Below, piece by piece: positions 38,737-49,283 of a stretch of 64,000 nt of DNA. The notes under the pieces were generated by a model. That model had not been told where the DNA came from. It worked only from the letters and a program-made list of their open reading frames with translations, and searched no databases. A program made the position numbers and the translations under genes. Numbering within the stretch: position 1 is the stretch's first letter; each line of letters opens with the position of its first letter. The stretch spans positions 8,471 through 72,470 of the forward strand of contig USEM01000002.1 in the NCBI GenBank assembly GCA_900553695.1, given 5' to 3'. Source of the stretch: an uncultured Clostridium sp. GTDB taxonomy: Bacteria > Bacillota > Clostridia > TANB77 > CAG-508.

Positions 38737-38813
38737 AAAATTCCTTCTATTTCTATTTTTTCACGAATATATTGTACCATATAACTGTAATTTATACAAG
38801 CAAATGCAATAAA

Positions 38814-38839
38814 AAAATCCACTAATTCAAGTGGATTTT
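38814..38839 (-). terminator. Terminator after the pilus gene cluster
   Basis: Stem aaaatccac/gtggatttt with an 8-nt loop and a flanking T run on the minus strand. Confidence 0.6.
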
Positions 38840-38856
38840 TCATATTTTTATTAATT

Positions 38857-40215
38857 TTATAGCAAATCACTAGCATAATCTTCTAGCATCCAGCCTCCCA
38901 TATATGCTTGAATCATAGGTACTAATACAACAACAACAACAAATATTAAAACTATTCCTACAAAAATTTGTACAATTTGTGGTAAAACTTTTATTACTTT
39001 TTGCATAATATTATCTATATCTATTTGCATATAATCATTTAATTTTTCCATCATTTCAACCAAGTCTGTTTGCATTCCTATTTTTAACATTTCCGTTATC
39101 ATTGGAGTTGAAAGTCCAGATTGTTCAAAAGGTTCTATCCAGCTCTGTCCAACAGTTATGTTATTTATTGCTGTTTCAATTAATGATAGCATAACCAAAT
39201 TGTTTGAAATATTTCTACTTGTTTCTAAGGCTTCTTGTATTCTTTGTCCATTTTTTAAATTTAGTAAAATAGATTGTATTAATCTTGAGAAATCTATTGC
39301 ATATATTAATTTTCCAAAGACAGGCATTTTATATTTAAAATAATGAAACTTATATTTTCCTTTTGGTGTTCTTATATAAACCATAATTATTGCTACAATT
39401 GCCACAATTATGCCCACTGGAATATACCATATTTTACTTATCCAATCTAGGAAATTAGAAAACGCTATTGTTATTGCAGGTAGTTGTGCTGATGAACCAA
39501 ATGCATCAAAAGCATTTTGTATCATTGGTACTGCAATAACTGTTCCAATTACTGCAAGAACTATTAATAGTAAAAACTGTACCAAGTTTGGTATTAAAAT
39601 TTCTCTTATCTTTTTATTTAAGGCTTCTGAACTTTCTAGGTATTCTACTGCCTGTTGCAATGCATTTGTAAGTGATCCAGACATTTCTCCAACCTTAATC
39701 ATATTAATATATATAGGTGGAAAAACTGATCCATAGTATTCCATTGTTGTATACATGTTTTCTCCAGCTTCAACACCTAACAAAATATCTTCAACTATTG
39801 CCTTTAGTGTAGGATTTTCAATCGTTTCTATAACTGTTGATAGAGCATGTATATTATTAAAGTCAGCCTTTTTTAATAAATAAAAATTCTGTGTAAAAAC
39901 AACAATGTCTCTCTTTTTAATTGCTCTATTCTTTTGTAAGGCATTATCTGCTCTCTTGAACCAACTTTCTTTGCTATCCATACTTTTTTTAATTTGTTCT
40001 GTTCTAACTTGTTTTAAAATACTGTTACTGGTTTCAATATTTCTTTTTTGTTTCTTTGCCTTTTTATCTGTTCTAACATTGATTGATGTTATTGAAATTG
40101 GATATAATCCATTTGTTTTTAGTTTGTTTAGTAGTGCAAATTTATTTGGTGAATCTGTTCTATACTCAACAACATCACCTGTTCTTGTTGCAGCTCTATA
40201 TTTATATATAGGCAT
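38857..40215 (-). CDS. pilC: Type IV pilus / T2SS inner-membrane platform protein (GspF/PilC family)
   Basis: A 452-aa ORF with the two-repeat GspF architecture and three TM segments. It lies adjacent to pilT and pilB. Confidence 0.8.
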   Translation of the reverse strand: MPIYKYRAATRTGDVVEYRTDSPNKFALLNKLKTNGLYPISITSINVRTDKKAKKQKRNIETSNSILKQVRTEQIKKSMDSKESWFKRADNALQKNRAIKKRDIVVFTQNFYLLKKADFNNIHALSTVIETIENPTLKAIVEDILLGVEAGENMYTTMEYYGSVFPPIYINMIKVGEMSGSLTNALQQAVEYLESSEALNKKIREILIPNLVQFLLLIVLAVIGTVIAVPMIQNAFDAFGSSAQLPAITIAFSNFLDWISKIWYIPVGIIVAIVAIIMVYIRTPKGKYKFHYFKYKMPVFGKLIYAIDFSRLIQSILLNLKNGQRIQEALETSRNISNNLVMLSLIETAINNITVGQSWIEPFEQSGLSTPMITEMLKIGMQTDLVEMMEKLNDYMQIDIDNIMQKVIKVLPQIVQIFVGIVLIFVVVVVLVPMIQAYMGGWMLEDYASDLL

Positions 40216-40245
40216 AATTACCCTCCATTCTGCAATAATTAAAAT

Positions 40246-41358
40246 CTACATTCTTTTCATTTTCATTTGCATTATTGTTCTGTTTAATATTTCTAAGTTC
40301 TTTTCTTCTAATTGTGATTTTGCTTGATCTAGTGTAATTTTATTATCAACATATAGTGTAGCTAAAGAATTTATTAAGCTTACATTTCCCTTTCCTAAGT
40401 TACTTTGTATAGCATCTTCAAGTTCTGATACACTAAATTTATCTTTTCGTATACATCCTGCAACAACATTATCAACAACCATAACCTCTGGAAGTAATAC
40501 TAGTTTATCATCAATTCCTTTTAATAATCTTTGTGATACAATTAGTTTTAAAAGTGATGCAAGCAAATATTTAACTGAGCCCTGATCTCTTATTTCATAA
40601 AAGTTTATTATTCTATCAATTGTCTCTGCACAAGATTTTGTATGTAGAGTTCCTAATACTAAGTGACCAGATTCTGCCATATCTATTGCCGCTTCCATAG
40701 TTTCTTTGTCTCTAATCTCTCCTATTACCAGGATATCACAGTCCTCTCTTAATGCATTTTTTACACCATCTCTATATGTTAAGACATCCTTACCTGTCCC
40801 TACTTCTTTTTGTACTACAAGAGATTGTTTTGAAGTATGTTTATATTCAACTGGTTTTTCTAGTGAAAGAATTTTTTTGTTAACATTTTCATTTACTTCA
40901 TTAATTAATGCATTTAATGTTGTTGTTTTACCAGAGTTAGTTTTACCTGTTACAAGAATTAGTCCTTGTGGTTGATACATCATTCTTCTTACTACATCTG
41001 GAACTCCTAGTTCTTCAAATTTTGGAAGTTCATTTTTTATAATTCTTAAAGTTGCTATAGGAATTTCATCAGCTGATGAAATATTCCCTCTAAATCTTAC
41101 TCCATCAAATTCATAAGAAAAATCTATTTTTCTTGTTGTATGATATTCTTCATCTTTTTCCAAGCTTCCCCTTACAAAATAATCATACATTTCATACATA
41201 TCATCTTCTTGCAAAATATCCTGATCTTCCATTTCATTTAAAGATTTTGATATTCTTAGCATTGGTCTTTTCCCCATTACTAAATGTATATCTGATGCAT
41301 TTGATCTTATTGCTTCTTTTAAAATTTGGTCTAAATTTATCATAAAATATCTCCCCAA
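40246..41358 (-). CDS. pilT: Twitching-motility type retraction ATPase (PilT family)
   Basis: The ORF carries ASDIHL, Walker A (GKTNSGKTTT), an Asp box, Walker B (ILVIGEIRD) and a His box (GHLVLGTLHT). Confidence 0.8.
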   Translation of the reverse strand: MGRYFMINLDQILKEAIRSNASDIHLVMGKRPMLRISKSLNEMEDQDILQEDDMYEMYDYFVRGSLEKDEEYHTTRKIDFSYEFDGVRFRGNISSADEIPIATLRIIKNELPKFEELGVPDVVRRMMYQPQGLILVTGKTNSGKTTTLNALINEVNENVNKKILSLEKPVEYKHTSKQSLVVQKEVGTGKDVLTYRDGVKNALREDCDILVIGEIRDKETMEAAIDMAESGHLVLGTLHTKSCAETIDRIINFYEIRDQGSVKYLLASLLKLIVSQRLLKGIDDKLVLLPEVMVVDNVVAGCIRKDKFSVSELEDAIQSNLGKGNVSLINSLATLYVDNKITLDQAKSQLEEKNLEILNRTIMQMKMKRM

Positions 41359-43005
41359 CTAATATAATATTACTTTTTTGTTTACTTCTTCTAACGTTGT
41401 AACACCTTGAAGTACCTTATTAATACCATCAACAACTAATGGTCTATATCCATCTTTTAATGCTTGTCTTCTAACCTCTAAACTTGATGCTCCATTGATT
41501 ATTAATTCTTTTAAATCATCTGTTAACGTTAAAATTTCAAATATACCGATTCTTTCAAAATATCCTGAATTGTTACAATATTTACAACCTGATGGTGTAT
41601 AAGTAAATTTATCGCTAAAATCAACTTCCATATCATATTTTTTTAGCACATTATTAATAATTTCTTTTTCTTTATCAGTAAACTCTCTCTTAATAGCACA
41701 TTTTGGGCAAATTTTTCTTACCAATCTTTGTGATATAGATGTTGCTAATGTACTTGAAATATCATAATTTGATATACCCATTTTTCTAAGTCTTGTAATA
41801 ACCTCTATACTGTCTATTGTATGGATTGTAGATAAAACATAGTGACCTGTTTGTCCTGCTTGCATTGCAATTTCTGCAGTTTCTTTATCTCTTATTTCTC
41901 CTACAAGAACAATATCGGGGTCTTGTCTTAGAACAGTTCTTAATGAATCGGAAAATCTTAATCTTTCTGATATTTCAATTTGATTTAATCCAGGAATTCT
42001 AATTTCGACTGGGTCTTCAATTGTTGTAATGTTAATGCTTGGATTATTCAAGTAATCAATTATACTATAAAGGGTTGTTGTTTTACCTTCACCTGTTGGT
42101 GCAGCTATAACTGTTATACTGTTTCTTCTGTTTAATTTTTTTCTAATTTCTTCATCAGTTTGGTTAAAACCAAGTTCTGCTAACCCTCTAATATTCATGT
42201 TTTTCTTTAGTAATCTTAAAACAAATTTTTCTCCAAATATATTCTTTTGTGAAGACACACGAATATTATAATCTGGGTAAAGTGTAATTCTACCATCTTG
42301 AGATTCCTGCTTTTCTTGGAACATATTTGATATTGATTTTAATCTACCAACTATTTGATTTTGCTTTTCTTTATTTATTTCAGTTGCTTTAACTAGTTCT
42401 CCATCTATTCTATATCTAACTCTAATTGATTCCTCTAATGGCTCAATATGAATATCACTTGCCCTCTTTTTCATACCAGATTTTATGATGCTATCTACTA
42501 GAGTTGTTGCATCTTCGCCCGCATCTATATGATCTGAATCGGTTCCTTCAAGTGAGTTTAATACATTAATAATATTTCTCTCGAAAGTTACAAATTTTTC
42601 CATTGTGTAACCTTTATTTAAGAAAATAAGCCTGATTGCTTCTGCTGCAGAATTGCTACTATTGTCTGAGAAGCACACCTTTATCTTATCTCCATTAATT
42701 TCAAATGGGACTGCTAAATATTTTTTTGCCATGTCTAATGAAATGTATTTTTTTATGTCTATTTTTACATCATTATTTGAGAACATTATTGTCTTCTCTC
42801 CAAGTATTTCCCCCAATACTTGTAAAAGAACAAATTGATCACATAAATTTAAAATACTTATAATATCAATTATTTTTTTATTTGGGTTTCTTCTCTGATA
42901 TTCCAATGCCTTATCAATATCAGATTGTGTCAAAATTCCTCTTTTTACTAATTCAATTCCAATTGGACCTCTTCTTCTTGAATCCATATTGTAGACTCCT
43001 TTCAT
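41359..43005 (-). CDS. pilB: Type IV pilus assembly ATPase (GspE/PilB family) with a C-terminal zinc-binding CxxC pair
   Basis: The ORF carries ASDIHIEP, Walker A (APTGEGKTTT), VLVGEIRD, GHYVLSTIHT and CPKC...CKYC. Confidence 0.85.
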   Translation of the reverse strand: MKGVYNMDSRRRGPIGIELVKRGILTQSDIDKALEYQRRNPNKKIIDIISILNLCDQFVLLQVLGEILGEKTIMFSNNDVKIDIKKYISLDMAKKYLAVPFEINGDKIKVCFSDNSSNSAAEAIRLIFLNKGYTMEKFVTFERNIINVLNSLEGTDSDHIDAGEDATTLVDSIIKSGMKKRASDIHIEPLEESIRVRYRIDGELVKATEINKEKQNQIVGRLKSISNMFQEKQESQDGRITLYPDYNIRVSSQKNIFGEKFVLRLLKKNMNIRGLAELGFNQTDEEIRKKLNRRNSITVIAAPTGEGKTTTLYSIIDYLNNPSINITTIEDPVEIRIPGLNQIEISERLRFSDSLRTVLRQDPDIVLVGEIRDKETAEIAMQAGQTGHYVLSTIHTIDSIEVITRLRKMGISNYDISSTLATSISQRLVRKICPKCAIKREFTDKEKEIINNVLKKYDMEVDFSDKFTYTPSGCKYCNNSGYFERIGIFEILTLTDDLKELIINGASSLEVRRQALKDGYRPLVVDGINKVLQGVTTLEEVNKKVILY

Positions 43006-43080
43006 TTGTTTATATACTTATTATAATATATTTGTTGAATTTTGAAAATCAATTTTTATATATTGCATAAAATTTCCAAA

Positions 43081-43572
43081 CTATTTTTCTAACATTTTCT
43101 TTACCTCTTGCGAACTTGCTTTTTTTAACCTTGATATCTCTGTTTTATAAGTTTTATTATCAAATTCATTTTCTATTGAAATTGTAACTGTCTTTACCAA
43201 ATCTAAATGTTCGCCTTCTTCAGTCGGAGTATATTTTTCAACTTTCACTTTAACTTTATTGGGTGTTGTTAAAGTATCAAAAGATGTTCCTGCGCTAATT
43301 TTTCCTGGATCAATTTCATTAATATATGCAATCAATTTATCCTGAGTCACGTCTTCATAGCTACTTTTCTCAACATACTCAAAGATTTGCGTAGCTAGGC
43401 TAATTTGTTGACTATTGATTTTTATTTTGTATTTCTCAGTTGAAATTTTGCTTATCAGCGATGTAATAATTCCAACAAATAGAAGAACAATTAAAATTGC
43501 AATAATTGCATCAGTTACAACTATTCCATTTTGTTTTTTACTCTTTACTCTAATTAACTTATACTTGTCCAT
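43081..43572 (-). CDS. Pseudopilin-like protein (atypical prepilin leader)
   Basis: A basic leader MDKYKLIRVKSKKQNG is followed by the hydrophobic segment IVVTDAIIAILIVLLFVGII. Position +5 is Asp rather than the canonical Glu. Confidence 0.5.
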   Translation of the reverse strand: MDKYKLIRVKSKKQNGIVVTDAIIAILIVLLFVGIITSLISKISTEKYKIKINSQQISLATQIFEYVEKSSYEDVTQDKLIAYINEIDPGKISAGTSFDTLTTPNKVKVKVEKYTPTEEGEHLDLVKTVTISIENEFDNKTYKTEISRLKKASSQEVKKMLEK

Positions 43573-43593
43573 TTTCCCCCTCGCTTTGATATT

Positions 43594-44265
43594 TTATAGT
43601 AAAATCATTGTAATTTCAGCAACTCCAATAGCCATAAATATTGCAAACGACAAAACTTTTACTATTTCATTTGTTTTTTTAGAATTATTCAACATTGCTA
43701 AAATTCCTAGCGAAACAATATATATAGCATATCTATATATACTAGTATTCAATATGTATAGATATATCATATATGCACCTTCTACAATAATTCCAAAATT
43801 GAATACTGATTTTTGAATTTTTTTATGTTCCTTGAAAATCCCTATAATAATAAAAATTGTACTAAAGAATAACATTCCAAAAACTAATGCTACAACTTTT
43901 TTATACTCAATATTAAGTAAGTCAATGTTTAAACCTATTCCATATAATAAGAAAGCTAACCCAGATGATATCTCTAAAATAAGATATCTTGGTCTTATTT
44001 TTTCCTTACAGTATCTACATTTTCCACCCAATGCTATGTAGCTTAATATTGGAATTAAATCCCAAAAGTTTAATTTGTGATTGCATTTAGGGCAATAAGA
44101 TCTCGTATGAGTTATATCTTGTTTTAAAGGAATTCTATATACCGCTAAAGTATAGAAACTACCAAGTGTTGCACCAATTGCAAACATAAAAATATAAAAT
44201 ATAGTATTCAACTCTCTCACCTTTTTATTTAAATAGGCATATACATATTTTATGCATATGCCCAT
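43594..44265 (-). CDS. pilD: Prepilin peptidase (A24 family)
   Basis: An N-terminal zinc motif (CPKCNHKL...CRYCKEKI) sits within a polytopic membrane protein. Confidence 0.8.
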   Translation of the reverse strand: MGICIKYVYAYLNKKVRELNTIFYIFMFAIGATLGSFYTLAVYRIPLKQDITHTRSYCPKCNHKLNFWDLIPILSYIALGGKCRYCKEKIRPRYLILEISSGLAFLLYGIGLNIDLLNIEYKKVVALVFGMLFFSTIFIIIGIFKEHKKIQKSVFNFGIIVEGAYMIYLYILNTSIYRYAIYIVSLGILAMLNNSKKTNEIVKVLSFAIFMAIGVAEITMILL

Positions 44266-44281
44266 GTTAAATCTAACAAAA

Positions 44282-44533
44282 TTATTTTGATAATCCAGCT
44301 TTGTTTACATAGTATTCAACACTGTGGTTTTTTCCATCAGATCCTTTTATTATATTACCTTCACCAATGTTAGATTCGTTTGCAGCTTCTTGTTTATATT
44401 TTTCACCAGTTTTTTCTGCTGTTCCTAAAATATTAGAATTTATAACAACAGCTACTGAAACAGCTACTAATATTAACATAACAATGATTGTTATGATTAA
44501 AGCAACTAAAGTAATACCTTTTTGATTCTTCAT
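44282..44533 (-). CDS. Type IV pilin-like protein (prepilin-type N-terminus)
   Basis: The ORF starts MKNQKG/ITLVALIITIIVMLILVAV and is small, at 83 aa. Confidence 0.65.
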   Translation of the reverse strand: MKNQKGITLVALIITIIVMLILVAVSVAVVINSNILGTAEKTGEKYKQEAANESNIGEGNIIKGSDGKNHSVEYYVNKAGLSK

Positions 44534-44602
44534 TTGTTTTCACCCCCTCTTTTAGTATATTTTTTGTATATATTTATTTTATAAATATTACCTAAAATTA
44601 AA

Positions 44603-45010
44603 TTATTTAACTACATTATTTAAGAATTTACCTCCTGAAGGATTTTGAGAACCTGATCCTGTTGAGTTAGATGCATTTGTATTATTACTTGATGAACCTG
44701 ATTCTGTTGATGTTGCATCTATCTTGTCAAATGGATTTGTTCTACCTTTAATGTAGTCATTATTCCTTTCATGTATTTTTAGATCATCACTAGTTACTCT
44801 ATATACTTTTATTATATTTTGTCCTTCAGACGATTGAAGTGTTTCTTCTAACTCTTTTTGCATATCTTGTGGTAAGGTATATTCTGCAACTTGACTTGGT
44901 ATCTTTTTCGTAGATGGTCTATAATCATAAAACAATATCCCTAATATCAATAATATTGTTATTACCAAAAGTAATATTATTATTATTTCCTTAATTATAG
45001 ATTTAACCAT
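44603..45010 (-). CDS. Pilus-cluster membrane protein of unknown function
   Basis: A 135-aa ORF with one N-terminal TM segment and a Ser/Asn/Gly-rich tail. Confidence 0.4.
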   Translation of the reverse strand: MVKSIIKEIIIILLLVITILLILGILFYDYRPSTKKIPSQVAEYTLPQDMQKELEETLQSSEGQNIIKVYRVTSDDLKIHERNNDYIKGRTNPFDKIDATSTESGSSSNNTNASNSTGSGSQNPSGGKFLNNVVK

Positions 45011-45021
45011 ATTTTTTCTCC

Positions 45022-45711
45022 TTAATTAAATTCTATTTCTACTCCCTCAACTTTAAATGTTGCTGTTAATTTATCAACCCTAACTGAAGTTGTAGATGTT
45101 GTTGTTTGCGTTGTTTGGTTCTGGTCATCTGTATTTTTTGTATTTGATGTAGTGTTATTGTTTGTATCATTGTTCGTTGTGGTTGTTGCTACATATGGTG
45201 TTAATTTAAAATTTAGTATTTTAAATCCAAGAGTATCATCTTTTTCAATATCATATATAAAATCTGTGATTCCTATATATTCGCCAGCAACTGTGATATT
45301 CAAATCATATAATCCTTTTGAAGCTGCATCTACAACTTCAAGTTTTAATTCTACATTCTCATTTTTTGCATAATTTTCTAAAGCTATCCAAAGTCTTTCA
45401 ATTTTATAATTCTTAATGCTTACTCCACCTAAATCAACATTTCCAGAAACATATTCCATTTTATTTTGATATTTCTTCTTGACAATTTTAAGTTTTTCCA
45501 TTGAATCGTCAAGTTTGTTTACTTCATTTGGATAGTCCTGATTATTTAACTGTTTAGCATTATTTATCTTTTGTTCTAATTCAGAGTTCAAGTTTTTAAT
45601 ATCATTTATGTTTTTGCTTTTCCATTCCCCAATGTTTATATTTTTAAATACTACAAAAAACGTTAAAATCACAATTAGAACTATTAAAATTGATATTAAA
45701 ACTTTTTTCAT
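45022..45711 (-). CDS. PilO-like pilus assembly protein
   Basis: An N-terminal TM segment, a coiled coil, an alpha/beta domain and a Thr/Asn-rich linker. The call rests partly on position in the pil cluster. Confidence 0.45.
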   Translation of the reverse strand: MKKVLISILIVLIVILTFFVVFKNINIGEWKSKNINDIKNLNSELEQKINNAKQLNNQDYPNEVNKLDDSMEKLKIVKKKYQNKMEYVSGNVDLGGVSIKNYKIERLWIALENYAKNENVELKLEVVDAASKGLYDLNITVAGEYIGITDFIYDIEKDDTLGFKILNFKLTPYVATTTTNNDTNNNTTSNTKNTDDQNQTTQTTTSTTSVRVDKLTATFKVEGVEIEFN

Positions 45712-45727
45712 TTTTTCTCCCTTTCTT

Positions 45728-47377
45728 TTAGTATGGTAATTTACCTGTTATAGTAATGCTTATTAGCTCACCTGGTTTTGTACCTCTTGTTGATATAATA
45801 TCTGTTAATATTCCTTCTTCTTCTAATGCTGCTTTAAAATATCCTAATTGGTCGTATTTTTCTGCTTGTGCAGTAATTACTATATCTTTTCCTGATTGGT
45901 TTTCAATTGATAGTAATTGTACTCCAACTGGTATATTATACATGATTTTATTTAGTAAGTTTGGTATAGCATTTTTACTTGAATATTCTTCGCTAACTTT
46001 TGAATTAGCTTCATCTATTTTGTCTACTAATTTTTGATATTCTGAAGTTCTTGCATTTACAAGTGAATTATATTTTGTTACCTTATCAATCTCTTTCTTG
46101 CTATTTTCTATAATTGTGTCTGCGGAAGCCATTTTTTCCTTGATTTGCTTTGATAAAACTTCAGTTACCCCGACAAACAAGATTATAACAATCATTAATC
46201 CTGCTACAATTGTAAGCAATGTTCTGTCCCCAAAATCTAATTCCATATTAGCAATTTCTCTTAGTGATGCTCTGTTGAAAGTGCTTGATTTTCTGCCTTT
46301 AATTTTTGTATTTGAATTTTTCTTACCAACGTCACTTGTTAGTATTGCCATGATTTTCTGAAAATTCATTTTGCTCTCATCAAAGTTAATATTTTGTTTT
46401 TTGCTATCTAATCCTTGTATAGCTAAGGATATTGCTGAATTTACCTCTATGTAGTCTTTTATATTTATTTTTACATTTGTTTTTTCAATAAAGTAAGGAA
46501 CTAATATTTCGCATTTTTTATCTATCCAAGCTTCTTGGAATAGTAAATCTATGTTATTGATAACAAGCCCCATTCCAGTTAGATATATGCTAGTTACATC
46601 CACTCCATTTTTTGCTACAATATCCTTGATTTGATTAATAATTTCAAATAATATTGTAATTATATCGTCTAAGTATTCATTACCTTCAACCTTTAAGTTT
46701 TGTCCTGATTTTGTATAAACAGTAGTATTTTTGCAAATCTCATAAGCTTTTTGTATTGAGTTTTCTCTTTCTTCTATAAGGCGAAGTATTTTACCCATAC
46801 CTGTTTCAATTTTATCTACACTAAATACTTTTCCGTTAATTACTGTTGTAACTTCTGTTTCGTCCTCTAAGTTTACAATCAGGCAGTCTTCTTGTATAAG
46901 GACTGGATTTAAGTTAGGTATTGTAATTGCTATTGGTGATACATTTTGAATTTTGAATTTATCTAGTATTTGTAATCTTTGTACAACATTTGACTTATCA
47001 ACATAGGTATATAGAACTCTTAATTTATCTCTATCGTCTTTATCTGGCGCATATATTTTTCTGTATTCAAGAGTATTTTTATTTTGATTATTGTTGTTGC
47101 AAAAGAATTCAAATTCGGTATCCATTGCTTTTTCTAGATCTTGAGCTTTAAGTAATGCAAACACATTTGAATACGTATATTTTTCATTATCTATATTTAT
47201 GCTTATAGGAACTTGAAAACTGTATGTCTCTTTTACTATTTGCTCAATTGTTTTTTCAATGTCTCCATCATAGAATTTTACTCCATATGCTTCAACTTTA
47301 AAGCTATTACGATCTTTAGAAACTTTGGCATATTTAATTAGATTTTTTTGTACATAAATTCCTAAACAACCTTGCAT
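45728..47377 (-). CDS. pilM: PilM (actin-like ATPase fold) fused to a PilN-like TM/periplasmic region
   Basis: A 549-aa ORF with a cytoplasmic N-terminal ~370 aa, then a TM segment (TLLTIVAGLMIVIILFVGV), a coiled coil and a C-terminal domain. Confidence 0.55.
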   Translation of the reverse strand: MQGCLGIYVQKNLIKYAKVSKDRNSFKVEAYGVKFYDGDIEKTIEQIVKETYSFQVPISINIDNEKYTYSNVFALLKAQDLEKAMDTEFEFFCNNNNQNKNTLEYRKIYAPDKDDRDKLRVLYTYVDKSNVVQRLQILDKFKIQNVSPIAITIPNLNPVLIQEDCLIVNLEDETEVTTVINGKVFSVDKIETGMGKILRLIEERENSIQKAYEICKNTTVYTKSGQNLKVEGNEYLDDIITILFEIINQIKDIVAKNGVDVTSIYLTGMGLVINNIDLLFQEAWIDKKCEILVPYFIEKTNVKINIKDYIEVNSAISLAIQGLDSKKQNINFDESKMNFQKIMAILTSDVGKKNSNTKIKGRKSSTFNRASLREIANMELDFGDRTLLTIVAGLMIVIILFVGVTEVLSKQIKEKMASADTIIENSKKEIDKVTKYNSLVNARTSEYQKLVDKIDEANSKVSEEYSSKNAIPNLLNKIMYNIPVGVQLLSIENQSGKDIVITAQAEKYDQLGYFKAALEEEGILTDIISTRGTKPGELISITITGKLPY

Positions 47378-47574
47378 TTTTATCTCCTTAGTTCTACATT
47401 TTATATACTTTTATTTTAAACTATTTTTTTTTATAGTCAATACTTTTGTCGAAAATGTAATATAATTGTAATATTTTCGTAATATTTTTTTCATATTTTA
47501 ACGCATAATTTTTTATTAACATGTAAATGATATATTTGTATTATTTTTACTCTTGTTACGGAGGTAATTTTCTT

Positions 47575-47787
47575 ATGGGTACTGAAAAACATTTAAAATT
47601 AACTGGTTCTTCTGAGGTTTCATGGAAAGATGCTATTGTAAAAACTATTGAAGGAGCTTCAAAAACTGTTGATTATTTAACTTCTGTTACAGTTCTTGAA
47701 CAGAAAGCAAGAATTGACGGAAATAAAATTGTTGAATATTTTGCAACAATAGATTTAGGCTTTAACATTGATAGCTCAAGGGGGTGA
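47575..47787 (+). CDS. Small dodecin-like protein
   Basis: The ORF reads MGTEKHLKLTGSSEVSWKDAIVKTIEGASKTVDYLTSVTVLEQKARIDGNKIVEY. A ggagg RBS lies upstream. The family call is a by-eye judgement. Confidence 0.5.
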   Translation: MGTEKHLKLTGSSEVSWKDAIVKTIEGASKTVDYLTSVTVLEQKARIDGNKIVEYFATIDLGFNIDSSRG

Positions 47788-47793
47788 TTTATT

Positions 47794-48243
47794 TTGAAGC
47801 CAATTAATACAAATAAAGAATATCAAACTTATGTTGATAAAAAATCACCAAATTCCCCAATTTTAAAGAATTGCTTTAATAGTTTTTGGGTTGGTGGTTT
47901 GATATGTGTTATAGGTCAAATTATTTTGGAAATATGCAAATATAGAGGTTTAGAATTAGAAATGAGTTACACTATTGTTTCAATTTCTTTAATATTCGTA
48001 AGTGCATTTTTAACTTCTCTTAACCTATTTAATAAAATTGGAAAATTTGCAGGCGCAGGTTCTCTAGTTCCCATTACAGGTTTTGCAAATTCAATTGTTT
48101 CTCCATCTATTGAATATAAATCCGAAGGTTATGTTATGGGTGTTGGTGCTAAAATGTTTACTGTTGCAGGGCCTGTTCTTGTCTACGGAATTTCAACTTC
48201 TATTATAGTTGGTTTATGTTATTTAATATTTATGGGTATATAG
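47794..48243 (+). CDS. spoVAC: Stage V sporulation protein AC
   Basis: The ORF reads YVDKKSPNSPILKNCFNSFWVGGLICVIGQ...GAGSLVPITGFANS. Confidence 0.9.
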   Translation: MKPINTNKEYQTYVDKKSPNSPILKNCFNSFWVGGLICVIGQIILEICKYRGLELEMSYTIVSISLIFVSAFLTSLNLFNKIGKFAGAGSLVPITGFANSIVSPSIEYKSEGYVMGVGAKMFTVAGPVLVYGISTSIIVGLCYLIFMGI

Positions 48244-48259
48244 AAAGGAATGTGATTAA

Positions 48260-49270
48260 ATGAAACGACTAGGAAGCCAAACTTTAAAGTTTGATAACCC
48301 TATAACAATTTTAGAAACAGCCTCTATTGTTGGTCCTAAAGAAGCTGATGGACCAATGGCTGATTATTTTGATAAGTGTTTAACTGATGAATTTTGGGAA
48401 GAAAAAACTTGGGAAAAAGCCGAAAGTAAGATTATAAAAGAAACAGTAAATATGAATATTATGAAAGCTGGAATTTCTTCTACAGATATTAATTACTGTT
48501 TTGCAGGTGATTTACTTAACCAATGTATATCTTCAAGTTTTGGTTTAAGAGAACTTGGAATTCCATTATATGGCATATTTGGAGCTTGTTCAACCTTTGT
48601 TGAAGGTATGCAACTTTCATCAATTTTTATTGATGGTGGTGCTGCAGATAAATGTATTGCATCTGCATCAAGTCACTTTTGTAGTGCAGAAAAACAATTT
48701 AGATTTCCACTAGAACTTGGAAACCAAAGACCTCCAACATCTCAGTGGACCGTTACGGGTGCTGGTTCTGCAATTCTTTCAAAGTGTGGAAACGGACCAT
48801 ATGTAACATATATTACAACTGGTAAAGTAATTGATATGGGAATTAAAGATGCTAACAACATGGGAGCTGCAATGGCCCCTGCTGCCTTAGATACATTAAT
48901 TGCTCATTTCAAAGATACAGGAAGAAATCCAAGTTATTATGATGCGATTTTGACAGGTGACTTAGGTCATATTGGTAAAGAAATTCTTACAGAACTTGCA
49001 GAAACAAAAGGCTATAATATAAAGTCAAATTACAATGACTGTGGAATTTTAATGTTTGACAAAGCAACTCAAGATACTCACTCTGGTGGTAGTGGCTGTG
49101 CATGTTGTGCTACAATTTTCTCTGGATATTTATTTAATAAATTAAAACAAAAAGAGTTAAAAAAAATTCTGCTAATAGCCACAGGTGCTTTAACTAATGC
49201 AACTAGTAACCAACAAGGCGAAAGTATTCCCGGAATTGCTCATGCTATAGCTATTGAAACAGATATATAG
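48260..49270 (+). CDS. spoVAD: Stage V sporulation protein AD
   Basis: A thiolase-like fold of 336 aa (VGPKEADGP...FAGDLLNQ...GACST...HSGGSGCACCA). Confidence 0.9.
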   Translation: MKRLGSQTLKFDNPITILETASIVGPKEADGPMADYFDKCLTDEFWEEKTWEKAESKIIKETVNMNIMKAGISSTDINYCFAGDLLNQCISSSFGLRELGIPLYGIFGACSTFVEGMQLSSIFIDGGAADKCIASASSHFCSAEKQFRFPLELGNQRPPTSQWTVTGAGSAILSKCGNGPYVTYITTGKVIDMGIKDANNMGAAMAPAALDTLIAHFKDTGRNPSYYDAILTGDLGHIGKEILTELAETKGYNIKSNYNDCGILMFDKATQDTHSGGSGCACCATIFSGYLFNKLKQKELKKILLIATGALTNATSNQQGESIPGIAHAIAIETDI

Positions 49271-49283
49271 ATGGAGGTTAAAA

